Shown one piece after another: positions 1-8,356 of a stretch of DNA of 43,396 bases. Under the pieces are notes generated by a model. That model did no database searches. It saw only the letters and a program-made list of their open reading frames with translations, and was not told the DNA's origin. Every line of letters starts with the position of its first letter. Position 1 is the stretch's first letter. Source of the DNA: Candidatus Enterousia avistercoris (GTDB lineage Bacteria; Pseudomonadota; Alphaproteobacteria; Rs-D84). The position numbers and the translations under genes are program-made. The DNA is taken from positions 1 through 43,396 of the forward strand of contig JADINC010000049.1 of the NCBI GenBank assembly GCA_017694255.1, given 5' to 3'.

Positions 1-180
1 CTGCGCCGGTCTTTCAAACCGACGGTTTTGTTCGCTGACCGCACCTGGCGGTGCTGCTCACCACTCGTTCGCGCTCGACTGCGCGATGCTTGTCTCGCTG
101 ACTCGTACGCAAGACCGTCGCAATCGACCGCGGCTCTCACCCATCCGAAACTGCTCTATGCGCCGGTTTGGGCGTCAATA
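1..180. other. GC-rich non-coding segment truncated by the window edge (structured RNA or repeat element, identity unknown)
   Basis: No protein-like ORF on either strand; the 28..231 ORF is W/C/R-rich. Much more GC-rich than its flanks. Hairpin gcacc-tggc-ggtgc at 41-54. Long-range complement cggtctt (7-13) / aagaccg (111-117). 9-nt direct repeat tgcgccggt at 2-10 and 159-167. Ends ...gggcgtcaat followed by a T-run. Confidence 0.3.
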
Positions 181-340
181 TTTTTTGTTTTCTGGGTAAG
201 CCGCGTATCATTGTACATGTTTTTTTTGTAAATGCAACAATAACATAACGATTATATGTCAATCCATTGGTGCCCCGGTATTATTTATTTGATTTTATTT
301 ATACATCGGGTTAAGATTTCCGTCGTTAAACCTAAGGATA

Positions 341-868
341 TTGTGCAACATGTCTGAAATTATTGATTTATATGATAACGCGCGCCAAATTATTGCCCAG
401 GGCGAACGTCGTGCCCCAATTCCGCATGGGCTGAATAAACTGTCGGTCCAGGCATGGTTTTTGAATTCGAACGGTGAAATTTTATTGCAACAGCGTCCGC
501 ACACTATGGCCAAGTATGCCGACATGTGGGGCAAAACTGGGGGTGGGGCGATGGCTGGTGAAACATCGTGGCTGGCATGCGCGCGCGAATGCTGTGAAGA
601 AATTGGTATAACCCCGCGTATTGAAAACGCCACGTTGGTTGGCACGTTCAAGCGTAAAAATAAATTTTTTGACGTATGGCTGATTGAACAAGATGTTAAT
701 CTGGCCGATATCATAATGCAACCGGACGAGGTTCAGTCTGTCCAATGGGCGACCCCTGGGCGCATATCTGAAATGCGTGCACACGGGCAAATTATTCCAT
801 CATCGTGTGATGGGTATGAAATATTGATAAAATATTTACGTCGTATATACCCAAATAAATTTGACTAA
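341..868 (+). CDS. NUDIX family hydrolase
   Basis: 175-aa ORF. The Nudix box GX5EX7REUXEEXGU is readable as GGAMAGETSWLACARECCEEIGI. Confidence 0.8.
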   Translation: MCNMSEIIDLYDNARQIIAQGERRAPIPHGLNKLSVQAWFLNSNGEILLQQRPHTMAKYADMWGKTGGGAMAGETSWLACARECCEEIGITPRIENATLVGTFKRKNKFFDVWLIEQDVNLADIIMQPDEVQSVQWATPGRISEMRAHGQIIPSSCDGYEILIKYLRRIYPNKFD

Positions 869-969
869 ATATCGCGTTATAAACTGTTTTTTTATTGACT
901 TAATTTTTTATATAGAATACTGTGCATTAGGTATTTAAACCTATACAAAAATATCTAAGAGGAGAAACG

Positions 970-1800
970 ATGAAGTCAAAAGTTGCATTATTTATGGCGG
1001 CGTTTATGTTCGCGCCATCTGCGTTCGCAATGGAAATAACCCCATATGTTGGACTGGGCGTTGTTATTGACAAGGCCGGCACATCCGCAAAGCGTGTTGG
1101 GCTGGACACAAAACCACTGACGGGGTTGATGGGTGCCACTGATGCCGCCGGTGTCGCTGAAATCATGAACCAGGCGTTCGTTCGCAATGGTGGCGATGAT
1201 ATGGATTTTGATATGGCATTTGCGGGCGAAATAACCGCAGGTGTTAAAATAGATAACGTCCGTGCGGAACTGGAAGTTGCCCTGCGCAGTGCATCCGAAG
1301 ATGATTATGACGTGTTCGATGGTGATTTAGTTTCTTCTATTGCTGGTGGTATGCCTGGATTGCAGGGTGGTGTACCGGCCGAAATTGAAACATCGACCAA
1401 GGTTCGCCATAATTCATACCTGGCGAACGTATGGTATGATTTTGAATTGGCCAATTCAAATTGGACCCCATATATTGGTGCCGGTGTTGGTTTTGGTGTG
1501 TACAGACAAAAGGCCACGGTTGATATTGAAATTGATCAATTGGCATTAAAACAATTTATAGATGATAATCCAATGGCTGGAGCAGTGGTGGGTAATACTT
1601 TAAAAAACATCCCATTGGGTGAACGTACGGTTGCCGATGATACCCTGTATCGCTTTGAATGGCAGGTCGGCCTGGGCGCGGCATATAACTTTAACGAAAA
1701 TTGGGCATTGGACATTGGTTATCGGTTCAATTCGTCCAATGTTGCTGATGAATTCGTGTATGCCCATGAAATCAAGGTTGGTGCGCGCTATTCATTCTGA
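970..1800 (+). CDS. outer-membrane beta-barrel protein (porin / OmpA-like barrel family)
   Basis: RBS aagaggag upstream. Signal peptide MKSKVALFMAAFMFAPSAFA. Alternating amphipathic strands and a C-terminal ...VGARYSF with terminal Phe, typical of OMPs. A terminator hairpin follows. Confidence 0.7.
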   Translation: MKSKVALFMAAFMFAPSAFAMEITPYVGLGVVIDKAGTSAKRVGLDTKPLTGLMGATDAAGVAEIMNQAFVRNGGDDMDFDMAFAGEITAGVKIDNVRAELEVALRSASEDDYDVFDGDLVSSIAGGMPGLQGGVPAEIETSTKVRHNSYLANVWYDFELANSNWTPYIGAGVGFGVYRQKATVDIEIDQLALKQFIDDNPMAGAVVGNTLKNIPLGERTVADDTLYRFEWQVGLGAAYNFNENWALDIGYRFNSSNVADEFVYAHEIKVGARYSF

Positions 1801-1812
1801 TGCATTGTTTGA

Positions 1813-1837
1813 ACACCGCCCAAACGGGCGGTGTTTT
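1813..1837 (+). terminator. rho-independent terminator after the OMP gene
   Basis: acaccgccc-aaac-gggcggtgt hairpin followed by tttt. Confidence 0.6.
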
Positions 1838-1874
1838 CGTATTTATACTTTATAATACCACCCAGGAATTTACA

Positions 1875-2192
1875 ATGGCCCATAAAATAATAATAAATCT
1901 GAAAATTGAACTGTCATTAAATACATCGCCAATATGCAGTATTTGTGGCCAACCCATCGAACCGAAACAGCGCATGTCGTTGGACCATTATATTCCCAAA
2001 TGCCATGGTGGAACCGATACCGCGGATAATCTGTTCCCGGCGCATACAATTTGTAATTCTATTAAAAATGATTTAATGCCTGATGAATTCGAACAACAAA
2101 AACAGGAACTTTATCAAACGGCGCTGGATAATTGGCATCTAAAGCGCAAGGATAAAATAATCCTGGAAAACGCGTTAAAGCATATGCGCTAA
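1875..2192 (+). CDS. small stand-alone HNH endonuclease
   Basis: ATG at 1875 (MAHKII...) chosen inside the longer 1800 ORF. HNH/zinc motif CSICGQ...SLDHYIPKCHGGTDTADNLFPAHTICNSIKND. Confidence 0.65.
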   Translation: MAHKIIINLKIELSLNTSPICSICGQPIEPKQRMSLDHYIPKCHGGTDTADNLFPAHTICNSIKNDLMPDEFEQQKQELYQTALDNWHLKRKDKIILENALKHMR

Positions 2193-2203
2193 ATTATCTG
2201 GTA

Positions 2204-2776
2204 TTATTGTTTGGCGTATAAAAAGCATTCTGGTTCGTGCGAATTAATAATCCCCACAGATTGCAGATATGCATAAATAGTGGTCGTTCCAACAAATTTC
2301 ATCCCACGACGTCGCAAATCCGCGGATATTTTATCAGATAATTCTGAACGTGTTTTATCAAATTCGTATATTGTGGCGCCGTTTGTCCAGCCCCACAGAT
2401 ATTTATCAAATGTTCCATGTTCTTTGACAATTGTGGCAAATACCCGTGCATTGTTAATTGTTGCGGCAATTTTGCGTGCATTACGTATTATGCCTGCGTC
2501 TTGCATTAATTCTGCGCATTTTTTATCATCATATTTACATACCGTCATCAAATCAAAATTATCAAATGCCCGGCGGAACGCGTCGCGTTTATTCAATATA
2601 CATTCCCACGACAGTCCGGCCTGGAACGTTTCCAGCATCAGCATTTCGAACAGTGCGGCATCGTCATGCACACCCACACCCCATTCGTTATCGTGATATT
2701 TTATATAGTTTTTATTTTTCGGGTTGGCCCAGTGGCATCGGCATTGGCCGTCTGGCCATGTTGGCGTTTTTTTCAT
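2204..2776 (-). CDS. tag: DNA-3-methyladenine glycosylase I
   Basis: Start MKKTPTWPDGQCRCHW at 2776. Motif run YHDNEWGVGVHDD..LFEML.LETFQAGLSW..IL.KR..FR.AF..FD and KFVGTTTIYAYLQSVGIINSH matches the Tag family along its whole length. ATGA overlap with the ogt stop. Confidence 0.9.
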   Translation of the reverse strand: MKKTPTWPDGQCRCHWANPKNKNYIKYHDNEWGVGVHDDAALFEMLMLETFQAGLSWECILNKRDAFRRAFDNFDLMTVCKYDDKKCAELMQDAGIIRNARKIAATINNARVFATIVKEHGTFDKYLWGWTNGATIYEFDKTRSELSDKISADLRRRGMKFVGTTTIYAYLQSVGIINSHEPECFLYAKQ

Positions 2777-3264
2777 AATGCACCTTCGTGTGTTAACAGT
2801 TTTATTTTCGTCTGTACACCGCCGGCATAGCCCGTCATATCCCCATTTGCGCCCACCACACGATGACATGGAATAATTATAGATATCGGATTGTGCCCAA
2901 TTGCCACGCCCACCGCGCGCGGAGATTTGGCGCCGATGCGCCGGGCAATGTCGCCATATGTTGTGGTTGTGCCATATGGAATTTTAGACAATTCACGCCA
3001 TACGCGTTTTTGGAAATCTGTTCCCCGCGGGGCCAATGGTAATTCTGTAATGCATGGATGCAAACCATTAAAATATTTGTCCAGCCATTGTTTCGTTTGG
3101 ATAATTATGGGCACATTTGAATGAATTGCCCCGGCGGGTATGCCCGCCATATAGTATTTTTGCCCGGCAAACCACAGCCCAACCAGTGCATTATCGTGGG
3201 CTGTAATGGTAATTTTTCCAATTGGTGAATTATATTCATCAATAAAAAACGAATTTGGTTCCAT
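2773..3264 (-). CDS. ogt: methylated-DNA--protein-cysteine S-methyltransferase
   Basis: Active-site IPCHRVVG motif, and RVWRELSKIPYGTTTTYGDIA upstream of it. Confidence 0.9.
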   Translation of the reverse strand: MEPNSFFIDEYNSPIGKITITAHDNALVGLWFAGQKYYMAGIPAGAIHSNVPIIIQTKQWLDKYFNGLHPCITELPLAPRGTDFQKRVWRELSKIPYGTTTTYGDIARRIGAKSPRAVGVAIGHNPISIIIPCHRVVGANGDMTGYAGGVQTKIKLLTHEGAL

Positions 3265-3299
3265 ATTTGGATATTATGCAATACAGGCAAAAAGTCAAA

Positions 3300-4001
3300 T
3301 TATTCGCGCCAAACGACGGAATCAAACAGCGCATCTACAGATTTGCGTAAATTTTCATCATTGAAAAATTGTGCGCGCATTTCTGGCGTTGTGTTGTGTT
3401 CAGAATCTTCGAAATGTGGAATGTATTTTTGCACCGCAAATTTTTTTACCCCGCGCGCATGTAAATCATTTGCAATTTCCATCAAGTCCATTTTTGATAC
3501 AAACCGTGGGTCGCACGTAATACGAACCTCGTAATCTTTACCGGTTGATTGCCACACATCCAGACTGCGCATCATGTGGTCATACGCAACATTTTGCCCG
3601 ACCAGAGCAGGATATTTATCGCGTCGTGCCTTGCAATCCAAACCAATCCAGTCCACCACATCCGCGGCCTGGGCCAGTGTTTCTGGATAAAAACCATTTG
3701 TGTGCAGTCCAATGGCAAACCCCAGTTCCCGCACACGTCGCATATATTCGATTGCCACGCCGCCCTGCATCAATGCTTCGCCACCAGAAAAAACGACGGC
3801 TTCCAGTTTTCCGACACGACTTTTCAGCCATTCGAAAACTTTTTCTGGATCGTATTCGCCGTCATGTACACCAATCAGATGTGGATTGGAACAATACGCG
3901 CACCGCAACGGACACCCCACCAGAAACAGCACCGCAGCCAATTTTCCGGGGTAATCAATTGTCGTGAACGACACCAATCCACCAATCTGAATCTCTCTCA
4001 T
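3300..4001 (-). CDS. nrdG: anaerobic ribonucleoside-triphosphate reductase activating protein (radical SAM)
   Basis: CPLRCAYCSNP, a CxxxCxxC radical-SAM cluster motif, near the N-terminus. Lies immediately downstream of nrdD and the small glycyl-radical ORF. Confidence 0.85.
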   Translation of the reverse strand: MREIQIGGLVSFTTIDYPGKLAAVLFLVGCPLRCAYCSNPHLIGVHDGEYDPEKVFEWLKSRVGKLEAVVFSGGEALMQGGVAIEYMRRVRELGFAIGLHTNGFYPETLAQAADVVDWIGLDCKARRDKYPALVGQNVAYDHMMRSLDVWQSTGKDYEVRITCDPRFVSKMDLMEIANDLHARGVKKFAVQKYIPHFEDSEHNTTPEMRAQFFNDENLRKSVDALFDSVVWRE

Positions 4002-4008
4002 TTTTTTA

Positions 4009-4194
4009 TTATGCCGCTTTTTTCATTAATTCACTGTGACGTTGGCCTGTGGTCAGACTGTTAGCCTCGGTAAATGTTTTTCTCTCGCAAAATTCAGAAT
4101 ACTTTCCAATATTAAAATTGGATACAGGTCTGATAAAACCCATAGAACGCGAAAATACTTCACATGGTGTTCTTTGCGCATTTGCTTCTGACAT
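4009..4194 (-). CDS. stand-alone glycyl-radical peptide equivalent to the C-terminal tail of NrdD
   Basis: 61-aa ORF with a strong RBS (agggagg, 8 nt before the ATG). EVFSRSMGFIRPVSNFNIGKYSEFCERKTF matches the NrdD C-terminal pattern R-x-x-G-[YF]...[FW]N-x-GK-x-x-E-x-x-x-R (E. coli RRVCGYLG...FNAGKQEEVKRR). Confidence 0.6.
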   Translation of the reverse strand: MSEANAQRTPCEVFSRSMGFIRPVSNFNIGKYSEFCERKTFTEANSLTTGQRHSELMKKAA

Positions 4195-4230
4195 AATGTT
4201 TTCCTCCCTTTCTGTTTTGTTTGTTTATTG

Positions 4231-6279
4231 TTATTTTAAAACTGTGTTTGATTCACTGTTTTGATTTGCCGCGATTTCCGCATCGCACTTTGGACAGAAC
4301 TCATACCGCCCCGGCAGGTAACCGTGTTTTGGACAAATAGAGAATGTCGGCGTTAACGTCATATACGGAATTTTGTAATTTTCGAAAATCGTACGCACGA
4401 TTTTTTCTGCGGCCGCGCCACTGGACACAGGTTCGCCCATATACAGGTGCAACATCGTCCCGCCCGTGTATTTGCGCTGTAAATCTTCTTGGTGTTCCAG
4501 TGCAACAAACGGGTCATCGGTATAATTCACCGGCAGTTGCGTTGAATTTGTATAATACGGTGCGTCTTTGGTTCCCGCGGTAATAATATCCGGGAAATTT
4601 TTCACGTCCGTTTTTGCAAATCGGTACGAGCAACCTTCAGCTGGGGTGGCTTCCAGATTATACAGGTTGCCAGTTTGTTCCTGGAACTGGACCAGGTTTT
4701 CACGGATAAAGTCCATTAAATCCAGCACCATCTTTTTACCCATCGGGGTTGCAATATTTTCTTTATCATTTGTAAAGTTGCGAACCATTTCGTTTGCACC
4801 ATTTACACCGATTGTTGAAAAGTGATGATCCCAATTGCCCAGATACCGGCGTGTAAACGGATACAGACCGCGTTCCATATTTTTGCTGATTATGCGGCGT
4901 TTGATTTCCAACGAATCACGCGCCAAATCCAACAGACGTTTCAGTTCACGGAACAGACCATCGCGGTCGCCCTTGTGAATATATCCCAACCGTGCCAGAT
5001 TTATCGTTACAACACCGATTGACCCGGTTTTTTCTGCTGACCCAAACAGTCCCCCACCGCGCTTTAACAATTCGCGCACGTCCAGACGCAACCGACAGCA
5101 CATAGAACGCACATCGGTCGGATTCAAATCAGAATTCAAGAAATTCTGGAAATTTGGAATTCCATATTTTGCCGCCAAATCAAACAGCGGTTTAACGTTC
5201 GGATGTTCCCACGGGAAATCTTTGGTTATGTTATATGTTGGTATAGGAAACGTAAATGGCCGTCCCATGGCGTCGCCTTCGGTCATAACTTCCAGAAACG
5301 CTTTATTTATAATATCCATTTCGTTTTGCAAATCGCCATATGTGAAATCCATTTGCTTTTTGCCGATAAATGGATGTTGTGTCTTTAAGTCTTCGGGACA
5401 TGTCCAGTCGAATGTAAAGTTAATAAACGGCGTCTGGGTCCCCCAGCGACACGGCACCGCACAGTTAAAGATTAATGTCTGCATGGCGTTTTTAACATCT
5501 GCATACGACAGATTATCCACGCGAACATACGGCGCCAGGTATGTATCCACCGACGAAAACGCCTGGGCCCCGGCAAATTCATTCTGCAACGTGCCCAAGA
5601 AATTCACCATATGCGAAATCGCAGTTGCCATGTGGCGCGCCGGTTCACACTGCAAATATCCTGGGACACCATTGAACCCTTCGTATAACAGTTCTCGCAA
5701 CGACCATCCCGCACAGTATCCGGTCAACCACCCCAGGTCATGAATATGAATTGATGCGTTTTTGTGCGCCTCTGCAATTTCGCGTGGGTACAGGTTTAAC
5801 CAATATTCTGCCGTCACCCGTTCAGATGTACGCAAAATCAAACCGCCAATTGAATATCCAACATTTGCATTTTCTTTGATGCGCCAGTTTGAACCACCGA
5901 CGTATCCTTCGATAACTTCGACCGCGTCAACATAAGAATCGCGGATTTCGGTCCGCTTTTGACGATATATAATATAAGATTGCGCCGTTTTGTACGCGTG
6001 CGCGTCCATCAGTGATTCGATAACCGATTCTTGGACATCTTCGACAGTTGGATTTTTATCAACAAATTGCATCTCCAGTTTTTTCAACGCATTTTGTGTA
6101 ACATTTGCGATTTGGTCATCTGATATTTCGTGCGTGACGGCAACCGCCTTTTTAACCGCGTCAAAAATCTTTTTCGCATCAAATGGAACCGATTCCCCAG
6201 ACCGCTTTTGCACAACACGCAAACGGGTACTAAGTGTCGGAATAATCTGTATTTTGTTATCGTTTTCAGACATAGACAT
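4231..6279 (-). CDS. nrdD: anaerobic ribonucleoside-triphosphate reductase (class III RNR), large polypeptide ending right after the Zn-ribbon
   Basis: N-terminal ATP-cone (VVQKRSGESVPFDAKKI...YIIYRQKR). Long NrdD-like catalytic body. C-terminal CPKH..x13..CPKC zinc ribbon. No R-x-x-G-[YF] glycyl-radical motif in this ORF. Confidence 0.9.
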   Translation of the reverse strand: MSMSENDNKIQIIPTLSTRLRVVQKRSGESVPFDAKKIFDAVKKAVAVTHEISDDQIANVTQNALKKLEMQFVDKNPTVEDVQESVIESLMDAHAYKTAQSYIIYRQKRTEIRDSYVDAVEVIEGYVGGSNWRIKENANVGYSIGGLILRTSERVTAEYWLNLYPREIAEAHKNASIHIHDLGWLTGYCAGWSLRELLYEGFNGVPGYLQCEPARHMATAISHMVNFLGTLQNEFAGAQAFSSVDTYLAPYVRVDNLSYADVKNAMQTLIFNCAVPCRWGTQTPFINFTFDWTCPEDLKTQHPFIGKKQMDFTYGDLQNEMDIINKAFLEVMTEGDAMGRPFTFPIPTYNITKDFPWEHPNVKPLFDLAAKYGIPNFQNFLNSDLNPTDVRSMCCRLRLDVRELLKRGGGLFGSAEKTGSIGVVTINLARLGYIHKGDRDGLFRELKRLLDLARDSLEIKRRIISKNMERGLYPFTRRYLGNWDHHFSTIGVNGANEMVRNFTNDKENIATPMGKKMVLDLMDFIRENLVQFQEQTGNLYNLEATPAEGCSYRFAKTDVKNFPDIITAGTKDAPYYTNSTQLPVNYTDDPFVALEHQEDLQRKYTGGTMLHLYMGEPVSSGAAAEKIVRTIFENYKIPYMTLTPTFSICPKHGYLPGRYEFCPKCDAEIAANQNSESNTVLK

Positions 6280-6302
6280 TTTTACACTCCGATATTACAA
6301 AA

Positions 6303-6351
6303 ACACAATATATAGTGGTTGTTTTATTAATTCGATAACAATATATAGTAT
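6303..6351 (-). promoter_or_regulatory. tandem NrdR boxes upstream of nrdD
   Basis: acacaatatatagtgg (6303-6318) matches the NrdR consensus acaCwAtATaTwGtgt at 15/16. taacaatatatagtat (6336-6351) matches at 13/16. Cores are 33 bp apart, 24-72 bp upstream of the nrdD ATG. Confidence 0.55.
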
Positions 6352-6533
6352 AACGTATTCTGTGGCAACACATAAAAACAAAAATTTTTTTTATTTTTTG
6401 CTTTACTTTTAAAAAGGGGGCTTTTCTGGGGCATACGTGCGTATCGCATCTGTATGAATCGAATACCAAATATTCTTTTGTGTCAAGAAAACACAATTTT
6501 TCACATCGAATACGATTCGAATTTTATAAAAAA

Positions 6534-6581
6534 ACACAAAATATAGACATGTTTTTACGAATCGTTAACTATATATAGATA
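6534..6581. promoter_or_regulatory. possible second, weaker pair of NrdR-like boxes
   Basis: acacaaaatatagaca (6534-6549, 12/16) and taactatatatagata (6566-6581, 11/16 with a perfect core ctatatatag). Cores are 32 bp apart. The background is AT-rich, so chance is plausible. Confidence 0.3.
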
Positions 6582-6697
6582 GATTATGTATATTTGCCCA
6601 CCAGTTTTTCATATATAAAATAGGTTGGAATTCACATAATAAACGTATATACTGGACATACGGTCAATACGAATAACAAAATATAAAAAGCGAAAAC

Positions 6698-8284
6698 ATG
6701 GTAAAAAATATATATGAAATGCTGCACCAGGTATGCAGTCAAAACAAAGATCGTATATTTTTTGTACGACAGAATGAAACATATGCTGACTTGTTGCGTC
6801 GCGTTAAACAGCGTGCGGTGCTGTTGGCAAAGAAATTCGGGATAAAGCGTGGTGATACGGTTGCGATTTTGTCGGGTAATACCCCAGAATTTATAAAATC
6901 GTATTTCGCCATCACGTCCCAGGGTGCACGTGTTTTGATGTTGGATACTGGGTTGAACAAATCAGAACATTTAAATATGATGCGTCGCACGAATTGTAAA
7001 TTGGCATTGGCCCAGCGTGAATATTTTGTTGATGGTGGGCCCAAAATGTATGATATCGAATCTATGGATGATACTGATGCGCGCGAATTCGTGGCTGCAC
7101 CAGCCGTGCCAGATGATATCGCCATGCTGTCATTTACATCGGGGTCGACTGGTAATCCAAAGGTTGTCGGTTTAACCCATGGGAATATAATATCGCTGGG
7201 CAATGGTGCGTTGTTTTACAGTCCGGTGATTCATCCAGGATATACATTCTATGGATTTTTACCGCTGTACCATATATATGGTGTAGTGATTAACATTATT
7301 GCACCATTGGTGTTGCGCGGAAAACTGCTGCTACAGCCTGTATTAAATCCACGTGAATTTATGGCAGATTTTAAAAAATATCGGCCAGAGGTTATACCAG
7401 CTGTTCCGCGCATCTGGGAAACGTTTTACAAGAAAATTATCGCAACCGCCAAAGAAAAACACGTTTATACATTAATGCGCGTCGTTATATCAATGCGCCA
7501 TGTTTTGCGTGCGATTGGATTGGGGGCAATTGTGAACAAGGTTGTTAAACCTGTTCATGATTTATTTGGCGGTAATACGCGTGTTTTGGTATCTGCGGGC
7601 GCAACGTTAAAGCCAACCATCCGCAAATTTTTTGAACGATTGGGTTTTGTTGTGGGTGATTGTTATGGACTGACCGAAACAACAGGGCCGGCGAATTTTA
7701 ACTTTGCGTTTCGCATGCCGGATGGTTCAATGCATTACGCAGGTCCATTGCCTGGGAATGAAATTGAAATTCATAATCCTGACAAACATGGAATTGGCGA
7801 AATCTGGGTTCGTGGGAATTTGGTTATGCCCGGCTATGTTGATAATGATGACGCAAATGCGGCAGCATTTGAAAATGGCTGGTTCAAAACGGGCGATCTG
7901 GGGAAACTGGATCGGCGTGGGCGCCTGGTGGTCAAAGGACGCAAAAAACAAGTAATCGTTCTGGACAGTGGCAAAAACGTATATCCCGACGAACTGGAAG
8001 ATTTATATATGCAAAACAAAGACATATTGGCCGCGGCCGTATTTGAATATGTTATAAATGGGAAAACGGTGCCTTTTGCCGTGTTCCAGGTGTCGCCTGG
8101 GACAACCATGGCGCGTGTAATCACAATGGTCAAGGCGTCAAACCTGAAAATTGCCCCGTATAAATGGGTGCGTCATTTTGCAATAACCGAAGACGAATTG
8201 CCCCAAACATCGGCGCGCAAAATAAAACATTTTGCTGTCAAAGAATTGCTGGATGCGGGAAATTTTTCGCGTGGGGCGGCATAA
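6698..8284 (+). CDS. AMP-dependent acyl-CoA synthetase/ligase (long-chain fatty-acid-CoA ligase-like)
   Basis: AMP-binding signature LSFTSGSTGNPKVV, YGLTETTG, and GWFKTGDLG...KGRKK motifs. Confidence 0.85.
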   Translation: MVKNIYEMLHQVCSQNKDRIFFVRQNETYADLLRRVKQRAVLLAKKFGIKRGDTVAILSGNTPEFIKSYFAITSQGARVLMLDTGLNKSEHLNMMRRTNCKLALAQREYFVDGGPKMYDIESMDDTDAREFVAAPAVPDDIAMLSFTSGSTGNPKVVGLTHGNIISLGNGALFYSPVIHPGYTFYGFLPLYHIYGVVINIIAPLVLRGKLLLQPVLNPREFMADFKKYRPEVIPAVPRIWETFYKKIIATAKEKHVYTLMRVVISMRHVLRAIGLGAIVNKVVKPVHDLFGGNTRVLVSAGATLKPTIRKFFERLGFVVGDCYGLTETTGPANFNFAFRMPDGSMHYAGPLPGNEIEIHNPDKHGIGEIWVRGNLVMPGYVDNDDANAAAFENGWFKTGDLGKLDRRGRLVVKGRKKQVIVLDSGKNVYPDELEDLYMQNKDILAAAVFEYVINGKTVPFAVFQVSPGTTMARVITMVKASNLKIAPYKWVRHFAITEDELPQTSARKIKHFAVKELLDAGNFSRGAA

Positions 8285-8298
8285 AAAACGGCAAACGG

Positions 8299-8327
8299 TT
8301 GACAAATGGATAAAATATGTCTATATT
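8299..8327 (+). promoter_or_regulatory. sigma70-like promoter
   Basis: TTGACA (8299-8304), 17-nt spacer, TATATT (8322-8327), about 30 nt upstream of the 8357 ATG. Confidence 0.45.
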
Positions 8328-8356
8328 TTCTTTATAAGAGATAAAGGGGACATATT

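Noticed and set aside
28-231. A 67-aa ORF at the left edge, whose frame is in fact open from position 1.
   Set aside because: The translation is W/C/R-rich and then runs into a poly-Phe tail from a T-run. There is no RBS. The region behaves like structured or repeat DNA rather than coding sequence.
4195-4233. The nrdD/small-ORF split as a simple sequencing error, programmed readthrough or selenocysteine-type recoding.
   Set aside because: The two ORFs are in frame, but the junction has two TAA stops (TAA-CAA-TAA), not TGA. It also carries a consensus Shine-Dalgarno at ideal spacing from the downstream ATG. A single-base error cannot fuse them, so I report it as a genuine two-gene arrangement pending read-level verification.
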